Shown in pieces: positions 25,601 to 37,729 of a stretch of 64,000 bases of DNA. The position numbers and the translations under genes are program-made. Under the pieces are notes generated by a model, which was not told the DNA's origin, did not search any database, and saw nothing but the letters and a program-made list of their open reading frames with translations. The DNA lies in assembly GCA_013265495.1 (NCBI GenBank), contig MU058636.1:5615741-5679740 (forward strand). Reading direction: 5' to 3'. This DNA is from Vicugna vicugna. Lineage: Eukaryota. Numbering within the stretch: position 1 is the stretch's first letter; every line of letters starts with the position of its first letter.

Positions 25601-28600
25601 CAGATGCTCCTTCACAGCCTTCAGAGGGAACCAACCCTGCCTACACCTTGACCTCAGACTTCCAGCCTCCAGAACTGTGAGACAATACATTTCTGTTGTG
25701 TAAGCCACCCATTATGTGGCACTCTGCCATGGCAGTCCTAGCAAATGAATACTACAGTCATTCTCATTTACCTACACATTGTCTTTGGCTGCCCCCTGCA
25801 AGAACAGCAGAGCTGAGCAGCTGGAACAAAGACCATAAGGCCTGAAAACCCAAAATATTCACTATCTGGCCCTTTATAGTAAAAGTTTGCTGATTCCTGA
25901 TTTATCTGATTGGTGAGATCGGGGAAAGGGTCACTAGGCATATACGGTCCATTCTCATTTCTCTCCTTTGAAAACTGTCTGGTGATTTTTCCTGAGCCTT
26001 TCTCTCTTCTACAGAGGAGGCCTGGAAATGTCCAGCTGATCTGCCTGGGACCAATGAGTGAGCTATATTCAGAATAAAAGTTAAGTGAAAATAGGAAGGC
26101 AATATGGGGTCTAAGGCATGGTCTCCAATCTAGCTTTATCAGTGATAACATTTATATTGTAATCTTTTTTCTGACACCTGCATATATTTCTCAGCTGGTT
26201 TCAAATCTGGAGGAGAGAGTTATATGATTTATTGGCCTCAACAAACCTCAGTTTCTTACTCCTCATAGCAAGAGTGTTGGAAATCTCATTTCCTTCTTGA
26301 AGTCTCTCCAAAAAGGAAGTGAGTGCTGATTTATTTTTTAACTTGGCCATTTCCTCCCTGAATATGCAATTCTTGTGACTCATTCTTAAGCTCTAGACCA
26401 CATAAAACCACTTGCAGTAATGCTCACACAAAGTTTAGATGGTTTTTTCATCTAAGATACTATGTACTTATGTGAGTATTTATGAGCATATCCTTTACAG
26501 AACAGATCTGATATACTATTACCTTCCTCAGATTATGGGCTCCTGAGCCGGTTTCTGTTTAACTTGCATTCTGGTTTGTTTTATAACCAACACAATGCTC
26601 TGCTAATTAGTGTGGTTTCATTCATTAATAAAAAAAGACCTTACCGATCCATTGCCAACAATATTGTTATGTAGGTTCACAAGGAAGAGAAGGTGGGAAA
26701 GATGCTGATGATAAATAAAAGCTATGTAACTTGAAAAAATAATCACTAATAAAAAATATCCAGAAATATGCCTGAGAAAGAAAAATCAGTCTCTAATCTG
26801 TCATGCATAGCTTGTTAATTTACTCAATTAACTCACTGATATTTGTGGAAAATGCCTATTACATACAAATTCTCTCTGACATCCTATGGAGGAAGGGGCA
26901 TGAAAAATAATAAAATAAAATGAACAGCTTGTGAAGGATCTTGATGTTTTAGGCAGAAAAATCTGGCTTTGATCTGACAGATGTTCACCAAGAGTAACTG
27001 AGAAAATGGAGTGTTTGGGGAAAATCGTTCTAGCAGTTGTGAATGTAGAGATCTCAGCTTGATAATCTAAACTATGGACCAGTGGGAAGGAAGGGCAGGG
27101 TAGAATCTGCAGAGTTTGTTGGCTGGAGGGATCTAAGGGTATTCAGGGAGATAACTCATTCAAAGGTAGGATAGCTGTTTTTAAACTCAGTGGCGCATTG
27201 TTAACCATGTGGGGCTTGTTACCTAGATGCTTCTCTGGCTTAGCACCTGTGGACCTCTCAGGGCGAGGGGCATACAACAAAAAGGGTGTAAGAAAATAAA
27301 CAGCAGTTTCCTCCTTTAAGACTCTGTTGAGGGCAATATTTAACAGCATTTGTAACAAAGCTGGGGGTGAGGCTAGGGCAAAGGTCATGCCCCAACTCAG
27401 CTGTGACCTTTGTAGCTGAAGCTCTGAGCTGCATTAGAGAACAGCTTAGGGCTGGTCCAGACGAGTGAGAGAGCATAATACTTGGGCAGTACCTTTAGAG
27501 AGTTTCAGGTGCTTTACTATCTGGGCAGTGATAGATGACACCACGGATTGCAAACTGGATCATAAAATAATAGAAATGGTGCCTGCCAGCATGTAGCCAA
27601 CAAATCTAAGTCCCAAACATACGTGAGCTTCTTTCCCTCTCCACATCACCCCTGCCAAGATTCCTTGGGGAAAAAAGACCCTAAGGCTGGCTGGCAGAAA
27701 TTGTAGAGTTGGCATTACAGCGAATGGGAGCCTCAAAGTGAGTATGTGGTTATGACGTGTGTTGCTTCCAGGTTGCACAGCCTGGAAAACACAGCTTATA
27801 AAGAAGAAGAAGTGATGCAGCAGTGGAGTGCCGGTTGTGTTAAATATCAGTTGTGTGACCTCGGTCAAGTCATTTAAATGTTCTGGGCTTCAGATCCTGC
27901 ATCAAAACTGTGGAATGTTTCAAATGCCTTGCAAAGTTGGTGTGAAGCTCAAATGGAATTGTGTGTGAGTAAACCCTATACTTCAAAGTGTTATAATTAT
28001 CATTACAGGAAGTATTTGCAGAACAGGCTATTTATAAAGGGTTCTGAGTACACTGTGATTTCTAGCTGTCACCTGATGTAAAATGTTTTTGTATCTTCCA
28101 AAGCCATTTTCTAAGAAAGTACTATTTCTCACTTACACAATTGTCTTAGCAAAACCTAGAGCCACTTGAAATGACTGATTTTAGGAGCATCCATGTATGT
28201 ATGTTTGTGTACACAAAGGGGACACAACTGGGAAAACACAGCTGTAGCTGGCACAGGAGAAATGAAGGGTAGAAAAGCCTTTTGGGCAGTAGAAAGTGAG
28301 GATCATAAAAATCTTGGCCTTATTTTAACATTTCTCAGAAAACAGGAGAGTCAGTATGTGATCTTGTTGGTAGTGATGGTTCTACTGGGAAATCTTAACT
28401 TTAAATTGCCTGCCAATCTCTATTTTGTGTGTCCAAGAAGAGCCATTTATCAATTTTATGAAGCCACTGAATGCCCACACTGAGGGGGAGAAAAACTAAT
28501 TTTGGAGCAGTACATCCCCTCACACTAAATATACAATGAGAGTAATGGGCTGATCGTTCTAAAGATGGGCAATAAATGTTTTGATAAAACAAATCCAAGA

Positions 28601-31600
28601 TTGCCCCCAACAGAAAGATAGCCCTCCCTCACCTCCACTAACTCTCTGTTACCCACCTAGAGGAGCAAGTTTCTGAGATTTAATGATGCGCTGGGATGAT
28701 GGATTTTCCCTGTTAGGTGTCCCTGATAGCTCATCTCCACAGAACAGCCCTTTCTTTAGCCAATAACAATAACCCATGTATGTATATGAGTTTCACAATT
28801 AACAAAGCACTTCATATAGATAAAATTTACTTTATTGCAGAAAGGAGATTTGAGGGCTCACTTAAACTCAGGGAACTGATTATGCATATTATCTTCAGGA
28901 CATTGTGTCCCCTTTATCTTTAGGTTTATATGTTCATGGGGCTTTTAGAGTCATCACCACATTATCTTTACTTCCCCTCTCATTCCAGGAGCAGAGCTGC
29001 TTTTCTCACTTACCTTAAGAAAACCAAGATCACCTGTGAATGAACTCCATGTTCACCCTGTAATTCAAGGTAAGCTCTGATCCCCTTATATCTACCTGAA
29101 GCCTAACTCAGTAAATTCTATTCTAGTCACACAAATCTTCCTTAACCACTCTATTTCTTGGGCATAATTGTCCAAAGTTAGGTAATTCTCTTAACTTTCA
29201 TTATTTTCTAAATGCTCTCTCTGACTTAGAGCCATAAAATTACTTATTTGTAACAATCTATTTGTAAATAAATAAATAAATACATGATTTGGGTCATCAT
29301 CGTGTCTCTCCTCCTGGCTTATGACTTAGACCTGCTCTGTCTACCCGCTGCATGAGCACTTGGCGTGTGGCTAGTCCAAATGGAGACAGGCCGTCAATGT
29401 AAAATGTAAAGCAGATTTAGAGGACTTAGAACCCAAAAAAGAAAGTACTATCTCAGTGATAATGTTTGTGCATTGATTACATGTCAAAATGACAACATTT
29501 TTGATACACTGATTTCAATAAAATATACTACCAAAATTAATTTTACCTGTTTCTTTTACCTTTTTTTTTTTTTAGGTGGCTAGGAAGTTTAAAGTTACAG
29601 ACATGGCTCACATTATACTTCTATGGGCAGCGCAGACCTAGAGCTTTTTACCTTGCATTCTAGGCCTTTATCCTACCTCCCATCCTCCTCCCTCATGCTC
29701 AATTCAAGCTCAAATCTCCTGGCCTGTTTTCATCTTCTGGGGCATCAACATCCTCATTGAACTAACAATTCTGTCTGCCTACCCCTATCTTAGCCAAAGA
29801 AGAGTTTCTCAGCCCACATGAGGTGGAGGGTAGATTTAAGTACTCACTATCACTCATAGCAAGTACGCTGGCCCTAAAGTTATTTCATTAGGGAAAAAAA
29901 CTATTTCTCTTATTCCTGAGATAATGTCTGGAGACTTAATACAAAGTAGGAAGAGCAATGGCAGAATATTCACAGATATCCCTACTGGTCTTGGAAAGCA
30001 GAACCGAGTTCCTGGAAAATTACATCCAGTGTGACAGTTCCACATGAAGTGAAACAAATTTAGTCCTGATATTCAAGGGAGTGCATAAAGATTCCTCTGA
30101 GAATGTGGAGTTAATAAAAATGGATGGTGAAACCGGTTGTGTTTTTCTTGAAGGAAGTTCATAGGCAGTATCAATCCAGCCCAAGGGAGCAATGGGGCTG
30201 AATATTTTCCAAGTGCTTGACATAAACAGCCAAACTTATTTTCTCCATTGCAGTTTCCCATTATTTTCACACTTCTGATAGCTATGTTTATAACAAACTA
30301 TTGTTAAACCCTGACATTTTCAAACTTATAATGACCAGAAACAAAGAGCCACCTGCCCTGTCTTCATGCCCTCTCTACTGCCTGCCTCCTGCTAGGCATG
30401 CTTTCTTTTTCCAGCCCCAAGTTCTGCCTGGGACCCATAAAAGAGCATTTAAGGCTTTAAGAGAATCAGTAAAAAGGCTGTGGGAAAGCAGGAACCATTT
30501 AGGGGGCTGGTCTCCAGAGTTCTGCCCCCTTCACCCACCTCTGAAGCAGTTTCCCGTGCATTGCTTAATTTGTTTTTATCTCGCTGTGTTACATTGCCAG
30601 AATTACCCCCACCCAGTACCATAGATTTATTTGGGTTTAGAGAGAGTCTTTTAAAAACGCAAATGTTCCTGAGAGTGTTAAAGCCCTTTCAGTAATTTAC
30701 ATGTTGGTGTGAATTATTCCAATTGCTTCTCTGCTCCTTGGCCCCCACCCCGAGTGATCAGCAGCCCACTCACTGTTTGTCTTTCTCAGAAATAAGGACA
30801 GGAATCCAATTTCAAAATAAAGGATTAGAAAACTGCCTACATGTGGCTCCTCCTTAAATCTGCTAAGATATTAATATTTTTCACAGTAAAACAGCCCTGT
30901 CAAGTCTTTCAAGACATTTTATTTCAGGGATGGCCAATTCATAGTATTCTTCCTCACAGTGGAACTGCCTCTTGGATTCCCCCCAGTAAAATGACATGAA
31001 AACTAGAAAGGAAACTTCATTTTTGCTTCATGGAAGTGGGAGGTGGTATCAGACACCAATTTATGATCTTATGGTCTTAACTGTAGGGGAGAAAATTTCA
31101 TTTTCGGTTATAGCTGTTTGGGGAGAGTAGGGAAGAGAGATAACACAGGCCAGGGGTGATGGCATATTCATTAGCTCATCACCCACTCACTCTCCAGGAC
31201 CAGTTGAGTAATTACTAAAGAACATGCACTTCAGGACACTGACATTTCTGACCAGAAAGTCACAGTTACTTCTATACTCTGTATATCTTAATGGAGACTT
31301 TCCCGGATATTTGAAGTCTTTAGGACCCTGCAATGTAGTTTATGGATCAAATCCATTTAGATCACCTAATCAACGGCTATCCCAGTAGGCCCTGTCTTCC
31401 CCAGGTCACTTAAGGTCACAACACTCGCCCTACTCAAAAAGCCACAGAAAACACATCCGTGGTGGCTAAAATGTTCTTAATCCCTGTTCCAAGTTCATAA
31501 CAGAAACCAACAGTGGAGAAACCTTGAGAATTTAGGAAGTCATTATTTTTCCAACCTTCTTACAGGAGATGATGTATTAGTAACACATCTAAGCCCTACA

Positions 31601-34600
31601 TCCATGCCAAAACAGCAACCCTCACAAGGTTCTACACAGAGTAGGCACTCAGCAGTATCTGCCCACTAACTTGTTCAATGTACTTCTAAAATCACTGCAA
31701 AATGTACATCCTGTTTTACTTGTGATGTATTTTCTCTAAATACCATCCTACCATAGACAGCAAATCATTTTCAGTTGCCATCTGGTGTGTAACTTTGGCA
31801 CAAGCAGATGTGCTACACAGGTCTGCAGCATGGAGGATTTATTACCGCAGTTGATGCTGCTATCTATTCAAGCCACAGAAGAAATGTGTGTAATCAGTAA
31901 AGGCTATAAAATGAACCAAAATGGAGGCACCGAATTTTTCAGATACATCATGTTTTAGAAATACTTTTCAATAATTCAGAGGAGAAATACGTTTGGCTGG
32001 TAGCTGGGGTGATCTCATGGGCAGATACATCTAGTCAGGCCTTCCAGAATGCAGTGGCCAAGTGCAGCTTGTGACTATATATTTTCAACCCCATAACTGG
32101 GCTATGTTCCTGAAACAGATGTGGCTCTGCATGTTAGCTCTGGTAAATACCCTCTAGATCTGCAGGGGAAGGAAAGAAGGACCTAAACATTCTAGAATAG
32201 CTAGTCATAGTTAATCATGAAACACAATATAAAGAATAGTGTTTTATTCTCTAGGATATTACTTTTTAAAGAACAATAATGAGCAGTCTCTATTTACATC
32301 TGCTGGACTGCTGGTAACATACAGATAGTCCCTGGGAATTATTACTACCTCAGCCTGATGGCCAAAGAAACTGCTCCCCACCACAGCCACAGCTATGAGG
32401 ATATGTTTCACATGTCCTTCTCCTCATCCCTTTGACCAGGCAAAACTCTTCTGAACTTCTCCACTGTGGATCCCAAGCAGGGATCCATGGGGTAGTTATG
32501 CCAAAAAGAATGGCGAGGAAGAAGGAACAAGAGGCTGGATATCTCCTGTAGCATCATCACCGAAGGCTTCTCCTCGCTTCCGTTTCCATTGCTACCTCTT
32601 TTCCAGCTGAGGTACAGGGTCACGCCAAATCCCTAGACCCTGTTTCACCCCAACTCTTACAAAGCCCCCGGCTACTTCTTATTTCTTCCTTAGCTCCTTT
32701 GATTAGATTCCAGGAAATTCACTGAAAATAGGTGGTCTCCAAAGTACAGATAAACATTACATGAAACCAACGACCTGTCTTAGCTCCCTCCGAGACTCTT
32801 TTGGGAAAAATAAAAAGTATTCATAGGAGGATATTATATGGAAACTCTTTGCTGATTATCTCTTGTAATTTCCAATGAAAATTCTTAGAAAACTTGCAGA
32901 GTGAAGAGTTATCCTTGCTGGAACTACTTTTCTTATTTCTCATTAGTCAAGGACTGAAAGAAATAATAGTTGAAAACAAAGAAGGTGGCAGTGAAAGGGC
33001 AGCACAATGCCCAAATCCTGTGCTGTCAGAGAGGAAAAAAGAGAGGGTGACCAGAAGTCTGACCTGAGTGGAAAAGTTCCTCTAGAAATTTCTCCTAGAT
33101 AGTCTTTATCTTTGGTAAGTCTTCGATTCTTGATATCCTTGGACCTGTAACTTTTTGTGATGTGAATGTATAACCATCTTTCTTTCCAGTATCAAAACTT
33201 TGCCAAAACATTAGCCCAAATGTGTCTGAGTAGCAATTCCTGCTACTGCCCCATGGTAGAAAAGAGAAATAGTAAAATAATGAGAACATACTACAGTCTG
33301 AACATTTAATGAGGGCCTATAATTTTCAGTAACCATGCTAAGCATTTAGGTTACTGAGATAAGTGACAGAGTCTCTACTTCAAATTGCTTCAAGGTCAGT
33401 GAAAGGAAAAACAAAGAAATATATAAATAATATCACTGTGACAATTGGTAGAAGAATAAGGCCCTTCCTATAGACTGAGCCTTGAGAACCTAGTAGAGTG
33501 AATCAATGCGAAGAAGATAGAAAGGGAATTCCAGGTTAAAGGAACAAGTTATGCAAGTACAAACAGTATAAGAAGAATCCGAAAGTAGTTTGATACAGCT
33601 GGAATAGTGAGTGAAAGTTGGAGGAGACAAGAGAGGAGAGACTACAGAGGTAGGCATGGCTAAATTGTGAATGGCTTTGTCTAACATGCACAGAAATTTG
33701 ATTTTCTACAAAAAAAAAAAAAATTGAAGACATTGAAGATTTTCCATAGAACTGAGACATGATCAGATTTAACTTTTTAAAAGATCACTCTGTTTGCATT
33801 CTGAATAATGGAGGAGGATTATTTGATACTAAAGACCAGTTGATAGGCTGCATTTCAGGTGAAAGGTGGCTGACTCAGAGCAGTGGCCTTAGGCATGCAA
33901 AGGGGATGAGTTAACACCTCATTAGAAATGCAGACTAGGATGACTTCGTGACAATGAAGGTGAGTTTAGGAGAAGAACAAAACTAGGGTGACTTCCAGGT
34001 TTCTGGCCTGAATGAGTTGACCAAAAGTGTCTTTCATTAAGAGAGGAAAAGATGGCAAAGTTCAAGACCTGACAGATTGAGTTTGAGGTGCTTTGGAACA
34101 TGCAGTTCAAGATGCCAAGACAGCCAGCCAAGGGTCTGGGCTCAGGAGGAAGATGAGAACGCAGACACAGGTTACGAAGAACTGATCCTATGGAGCTGGC
34201 CAGTCCACATCCCACTCCACACTTACTTCCCTGCCCAGAACATAACTCCCGGCATCACCCTATCCTGCCTCTTCCCTTGAGTCCAGGAAGTAAGCATAAA
34301 TCGGAAGCTGCTCATGAGTCATCTGCTTCAGAAATGTGACTGGCCTGCTCTCTCAAGTTGAGAAAAGAGAGCCAGAATAGTCCCAGAGTTTCAACTGGCA
34401 GCTGTTTTGTGTCTCACTTATACTGGCAGCTACCATCAACAGCTTTTATCACTTTGCTCCTAGACACATGACATCTGAGTGGAATAGACAGGAATAGTCT
34501 GTGAAGGTAGAAGCCCATATTCCAAACTTTGGAAATGTTCTTCTGAAAGTATATAGAAGTCTTGACAAGCAATAAAGCTTTAACACCTTTATCCTCCATC

Positions 34601-37600
34601 CTCTGCACAGCACTAGGCTCATAGGAAACCTGCCTTGGGCTGGCAGAGGACTTGCCCTCAGTATTTGGCAGCCAGGGCTACATTCAGAAGTGAGCACACG
34701 TTCCTCAGGCATGTTCCACAGGGCAGTGAGTTCTGCACACCTTTATGGGTGAAACTGGGTTTTGCAGCCTAGCCTGAGAAAATGGGAAAATGACAGTAAG
34801 TCAGACAAATGTACATTAGGCTGACATAATTCTGTGTGGAAGGCTTTTCTCCTATCTTGGAAGAAATTTAGCCAATGGCAAATTTCCTCTATTACGGGGC
34901 CTCTGAGTTCATTATATATTCAGAAGAAATAGAACTGAGTTGGCTGTTTAGAAAGTACTCCCTAGAAAAGGAAAACAGCAGGGGAAGTTTTCAGAAACCA
35001 CTGTCCATCTACTTAAAGATTCACAGATAGAATAGCAAAAACAGTTCTTCTGCCAAGCTGACCCCTCCCTGCATGCTGCCTGTTTATATGCAAACTTGGA
35101 AGGAACGCCCATGGCACATTTTGATAGTGAAGACAGAAAAAGATTTTCAGAAGCAATATAAATCCCAGTATTAATATCTGAGGCTATGTATTCTTCCTCT
35201 CCACACCCTATTTCAGTGAGAATTGGCTGAGGACTCACGATTTTGTTCTGAATGGACCAAAATATGACATAATTCCCAATTTTTTACTTAATAATTTATA
35301 AAGTTACCTTGTCCCTATCCTGAATGAGCTAATGGAAATAAATTACCTGCCTGAGGATAGTTAAGAGCTTACTATAAAAACAAAGTAACCAGAATGAAAA
35401 AAAAAATTAGAAAATCAACTAAGACAGGTCCCAAATGCCTCTTTAATAAATTATATTCCCTTAAAAGGCAATAGCCAATGGATTATGGCATCACATTAAA
35501 GATCATGGCTTTCTCCTTTTTAACTTTCATTGTTAATCTTAAAAAAAGAAAATCAATCAATTTGTAATAAATGTTTTCTTCTTGGGCTGAGAAGTGCTCT
35601 AAGAAAGCCTTGTATGAAAGTTTGATACTATCATTCTTCATCAAAAAGAAAAAAATGTGGACCACAGTAAATATAATTAAGATGTACTATGTTTTTCTTT
35701 TCCCTTTTAAATTAAAAATATTTTCTAAAAATAAATCTTAATTTTTCAAGCAGTTTTAGGTTCACAGGAAAACTGAGTGGAAAGTACAGAGATTTCCCAT
35801 ATTCTCCCTGATGGACCCCACACATATACACAGCCTCCCCCACCAACATACCTCACCAGAGAGATACAGTTATTATAATTGATGAAACTACACTGACACA
35901 TAATTACCTAAAGTCCATAGTTTACCTTACAGTTCACTCTTGCTGTAAATCTGATGGGTTTTGACAAATGTATAATGACATGTATTCATCGTTGTAGTAT
36001 CATACACAATAGTTTCATTGCCCTTCAGGTCCTCTGTGCTCCACCTATTCATCCCTCCTTCCTCCCTAACCCCTGGCAACCACTGATCTTTTTATAGTCT
36101 CCATAGTCGTGTCCATTCCAGAATGTCATATAATTGGAATCACATAGTATGTAGCCTTTTCAGATTGGCTTCTTTCACTTAGTAATACGCATTGTTTTTT
36201 TTAAAGGCATTACAAAGTTCCCGAGGCAGTGAATGATATAGCATTGTGATAAAGAGCATGAAGACCCAAACTAAAGTACTGGTTTTTGCCCGTTTGGTCA
36301 AGTCACTTATCTTCCCTGGGCCTCAGTTTACTCACCTGTAAAATGAGGATAACATTAATACCTATCTCACTAACTTTATGATATTGCCATGCAAATCAGA
36401 TTTCTTTTCTAAAAAATGGGGGTAATAATGCTTATGCTATAGGGTTGCTGTATGGATTAAAGGAGCAATGTGTATGAAGAGCTTAGCACTGTGCCTGAAA
36501 CATATTACATATTTAATAATGGTAGCTAACAATTTTCATTTTAATGTGTGTTGAATATTTTCTATTCAACCCTCTAAAACCACTCTCCACCCTTTTCTGT
36601 CTTCCTTTGTGGGGACAATTACTAAAGAGTACATTAAGTGAGCTACCCTCCCAACTGCCTGATGAGTTCAGCTAATAAGAAAAAGGGCAGAAGCTGAGAG
36701 GGAGATGAGTGTTTCCTCCTTGGACCTCCTCCCTGTCAGTCTGGCTGTGGCTGCATTCCTCTTTGAAGTCTACAAATCTTGCTGGGCAATCATCTTATGG
36801 TTGCTGGTTTCCCTTAACCCTGCCCAGAACTTTGTAAGTAATCTATTAAATTATCTTTTGAGGTAATTAGAAAGCTTAGAAAGTTTCTGCTGTTTCCTCT
36901 CAGGAAGACACATAGTGTTTGCCCTTCATATTTACTTGCAAAATTATTATTACTCATTACATTGTAAAGGAGCCAGGGAATCATAAAATCAAGAACCATA
37001 AGTAACTCTATTAAATCTTTCAAGTTATTACTAATATCCACTGGTCAGAATTTATGAACATGTATTTTTGGATTCAACAGAAAAAGTGAAAAAATTTTAG
37101 AGACCTGAAAAAAGGTTACAAAGATGATTAAAAGTTGTAAAATATCTGTAAGAAAGGGTACTCAATTTTTTCTCATTAAAAATATACCAAAAACACAACA
37201 ACAAAATTCCTGATAATTATTTAGTTTCATAAAGCAAAGATAGTTAATTAAACAAAGTGTATTTAATGTTTGTAGCTGATATTTGGCAGATGTATTCCCC
37301 AATCCAATGCCTCTTTTTTAACCCTGATCATTGAGATGTGTACTATCCCAATCATGAAGACTTTTATAAGACTAGTTCAAGGAGATCTTCAACTACAGCA
37401 GGAATTTTCACTAATAATGAAGAAATTGATTGAAGTGCATACAATTCATGGCTATGACGCTACTTATAACAATGGACAAACCATTTTATCTTAAAATCAC
37501 AGACTACATTTTCTCCAGTATTATAAATATTAATTATATATTTTTCCATTACAAATCATGTTATAATAAAAAAGGTCAAATTTAATGCTAATTTTAGAAC

Positions 37601-37729
37601 ACAAAAAAGTAACAGAGAAAGTGCCAATGTGGCACTCTCTTCACTGCGTGAGTGGGGCATGGCTCTCCACCCGGAATATTCTGTAAGAAAGCTACTTACT
37701 TGAGTTTTTGGTCGCGCTCCAGTTGACAT
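7604..37729 (-). CDS. Hypothetical multi-exon gene (or decayed gene/lncRNA), about 310 aa, product unknown
   Basis: Hand-assembled GT-AG exons with compatible phases: 37729(ATG)-37700, 31327-31270, 30096-30024, 29873-29848, 29033-29014, 26704-26645, 26392-26260, 24785-24710, 24494-24460, 23646-23626, 17749-17657, 15555-15544, 13177-13026, 12914-12908, 10348(or 10372)-10310, 7698-7604(TGA). No homology recognised. Confidence 0.25.
7925..7959. repeat. (CA)n(TA)n microsatellite
   Basis: Seen directly, at the tail of the adjacent L1. Confidence 0.95.
7960..8216 (-). mobile_element. Artiodactyl-type L1 3' end fragment
   Basis: 'agtatagttgatttacaatattgtattagtttc...tagtttcctgtgctatacagtaggacc'. 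Confidence 0.85.
9803..9825 (+). promoter_or_regulatory. TATA box next to a palindromic RFX X-box
   Basis: TATAAATA (9803-9810) followed by GTTGCCAGGCAAC (9813-9825). Confidence 0.55.
10390..10560 (+). mobile_element. MIR
   Basis: Core 'ctgtgaccttgggcaacttccctaaac...ggtttcttcatctgtaaaatg'. Confidence 0.85.
10633..10676. repeat. (AT)n microsatellite
   Basis: Seen directly. Confidence 0.95.
11100..12420 (+). mobile_element. L2 fragments
   Basis: Pyrimidine-rich L2-type text 'tcactctactgaaa', 'tgccaaacccaaaggt', 'cttccttggcttctatg', 'ctggttcttct'. Confidence 0.65.
13026..13177 (-). other. Candidate exon (152 nt)
   Basis: ttttttttcttttcaag|GACTG...GAAAA|gtaagt; open for 50 codons in phase 1 ([27 protein letters not shown]...). 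Confidence 0.45.
16560..16860. promoter_or_regulatory. CpG-enriched element with RFX-like motifs
   Basis: Local CpG excess over flanks; gttgccgatgttac (16648-16661), gttgcc (16749), ctgccatcgtgac (16812-16824). Confidence 0.5.
17657..17749 (-). other. Candidate exon (93 nt)
   Basis: aactttttatcag|CATTGG...GTGCTT|gtaagta; length divisible by 3; open in two frames. Confidence 0.45.
19100..20110 (+). mobile_element. Charlie1 (hAT) 3' half with decayed transposase and 3' TIR
   Basis: 'cttgggtatttgacagacatcttctcaaaaat', 'aattatctaaaaaggctattaaaatactcc', and terminus 'tttgagaaccactg'. Confidence 0.85.
20230..21060 (-). mobile_element. L1MA9-like 3' end
   Basis: 'gatgagaacaattaaatctagtctcttagcaactttg', 'tacattagatctccagaatttatt', 'ccaacaatgtataagagttcccttttctccacat'. 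Confidence 0.85.
21062..23321 (+). mobile_element. MaLR (MLT1-type) provirus: LTR - internal - LTR
   Basis: First LTR ends 'gaatcctaagtaataca' (21600) and is followed by the MLT-int-like start 'gaatttggta'. Purine tract 'aaaggggga' at 22759-22767. Second LTR 22768-23321 ends 'gatcccagtaaacaca'. Confidence 0.7.
21308..21393. repeat. (GGAA)n microsatellite
   Basis: Seen directly, about 20 units. Confidence 0.95.
23626..23646 (-). other. Candidate 21-nt microexon
   Basis: gttttttattgcag|AGATACAAAACTTTTTTGAAT|gtaagtag. Confidence 0.4.
23829..23899 (+). mobile_element. Young, severely 5'-truncated L1 3' end with TSD
   Basis: Resembles the L1 end at about 2550-2600 (aatttgacac...tgactataactcaataaaa); exact TSD aaaagttctgta at 23817-23828 and 23900-23911. 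Confidence 0.85.
25178..25899. mobile_element. MER58B split by an MLT1 LTR
   Basis: 'ggcctgtttttgtacagc' and 'aaaatattcactatctggccctttatagtaaaagtttgctgattcctg'. Confidence 0.8.
25292..25753 (+). mobile_element. MLT1C-like solo LTR
   Basis: tgttatgagttgaactgtg...gacttccagcctccagaactgtgagacaatacatttctgttg...aatac. Confidence 0.9.
26260..26704 (-). other. Two candidate coding exons (26704-26645, 26392-26260)
   Basis: ttttatttatcatcag|60 nt|gtaagg and tgtggtctag|133 nt|gtaaga; join in frame as [64 protein letters not shown]. Confidence 0.35.
27830..28000 (+). mobile_element. MIR
   Basis: 'gttgtgtgacctcggtcaagtcatttaaatgttctgggcttcag'. Confidence 0.75.
29332..29635. mobile_element. MER33 (hAT-Charlie)
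   Basis: 'tgagcacttggcgtgtggctagtccaaatggaga', 'aaaattaattttacctgtttctttt', 'tggctcacattatacttctatgggcagcgc'; flanks acttagac/acctagag resemble an 8-bp hAT TSD. Confidence 0.85.
33300..34200 (-). mobile_element. L2
   Basis: 'tgatcagatttaactttttaaaagatcactctg', 'tgacttccaggtttctggcctg', 'ttgagtttgaggtgc'. Confidence 0.8.
35740..36195 (-). mobile_element. L1MC1-like 3' end
   Basis: 'gcagttttaggttcacaggaaaactgagtggaaagtacagagatttccc', 'cccctggcaaccactgatcttttt'. Confidence 0.85.
36225..36530 (+). mobile_element. MIR elements
   Basis: 'caagtcacttatcttccctgggcctcagtttactcacctgtaaaatgaggataa', 'gcttagcactgtgcctg'. Confidence 0.85.

Noticed and set aside
28138..28156. 19-nt minus exon-like segment with a gtaagt donor
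   Set aside because: Phase-incompatible with its neighbours; weak acceptor.
32582..32595. RFX-like gtttccattgctac and a nearby 8-bp hairpin (32467-32487)
   Set aside because: Two mismatches to consensus; such matches are expected by chance.
35239..35330. 9-nt and 21-nt minus microexon-like segments
   Set aside because: Too close together for an intron between them, and no independent support.
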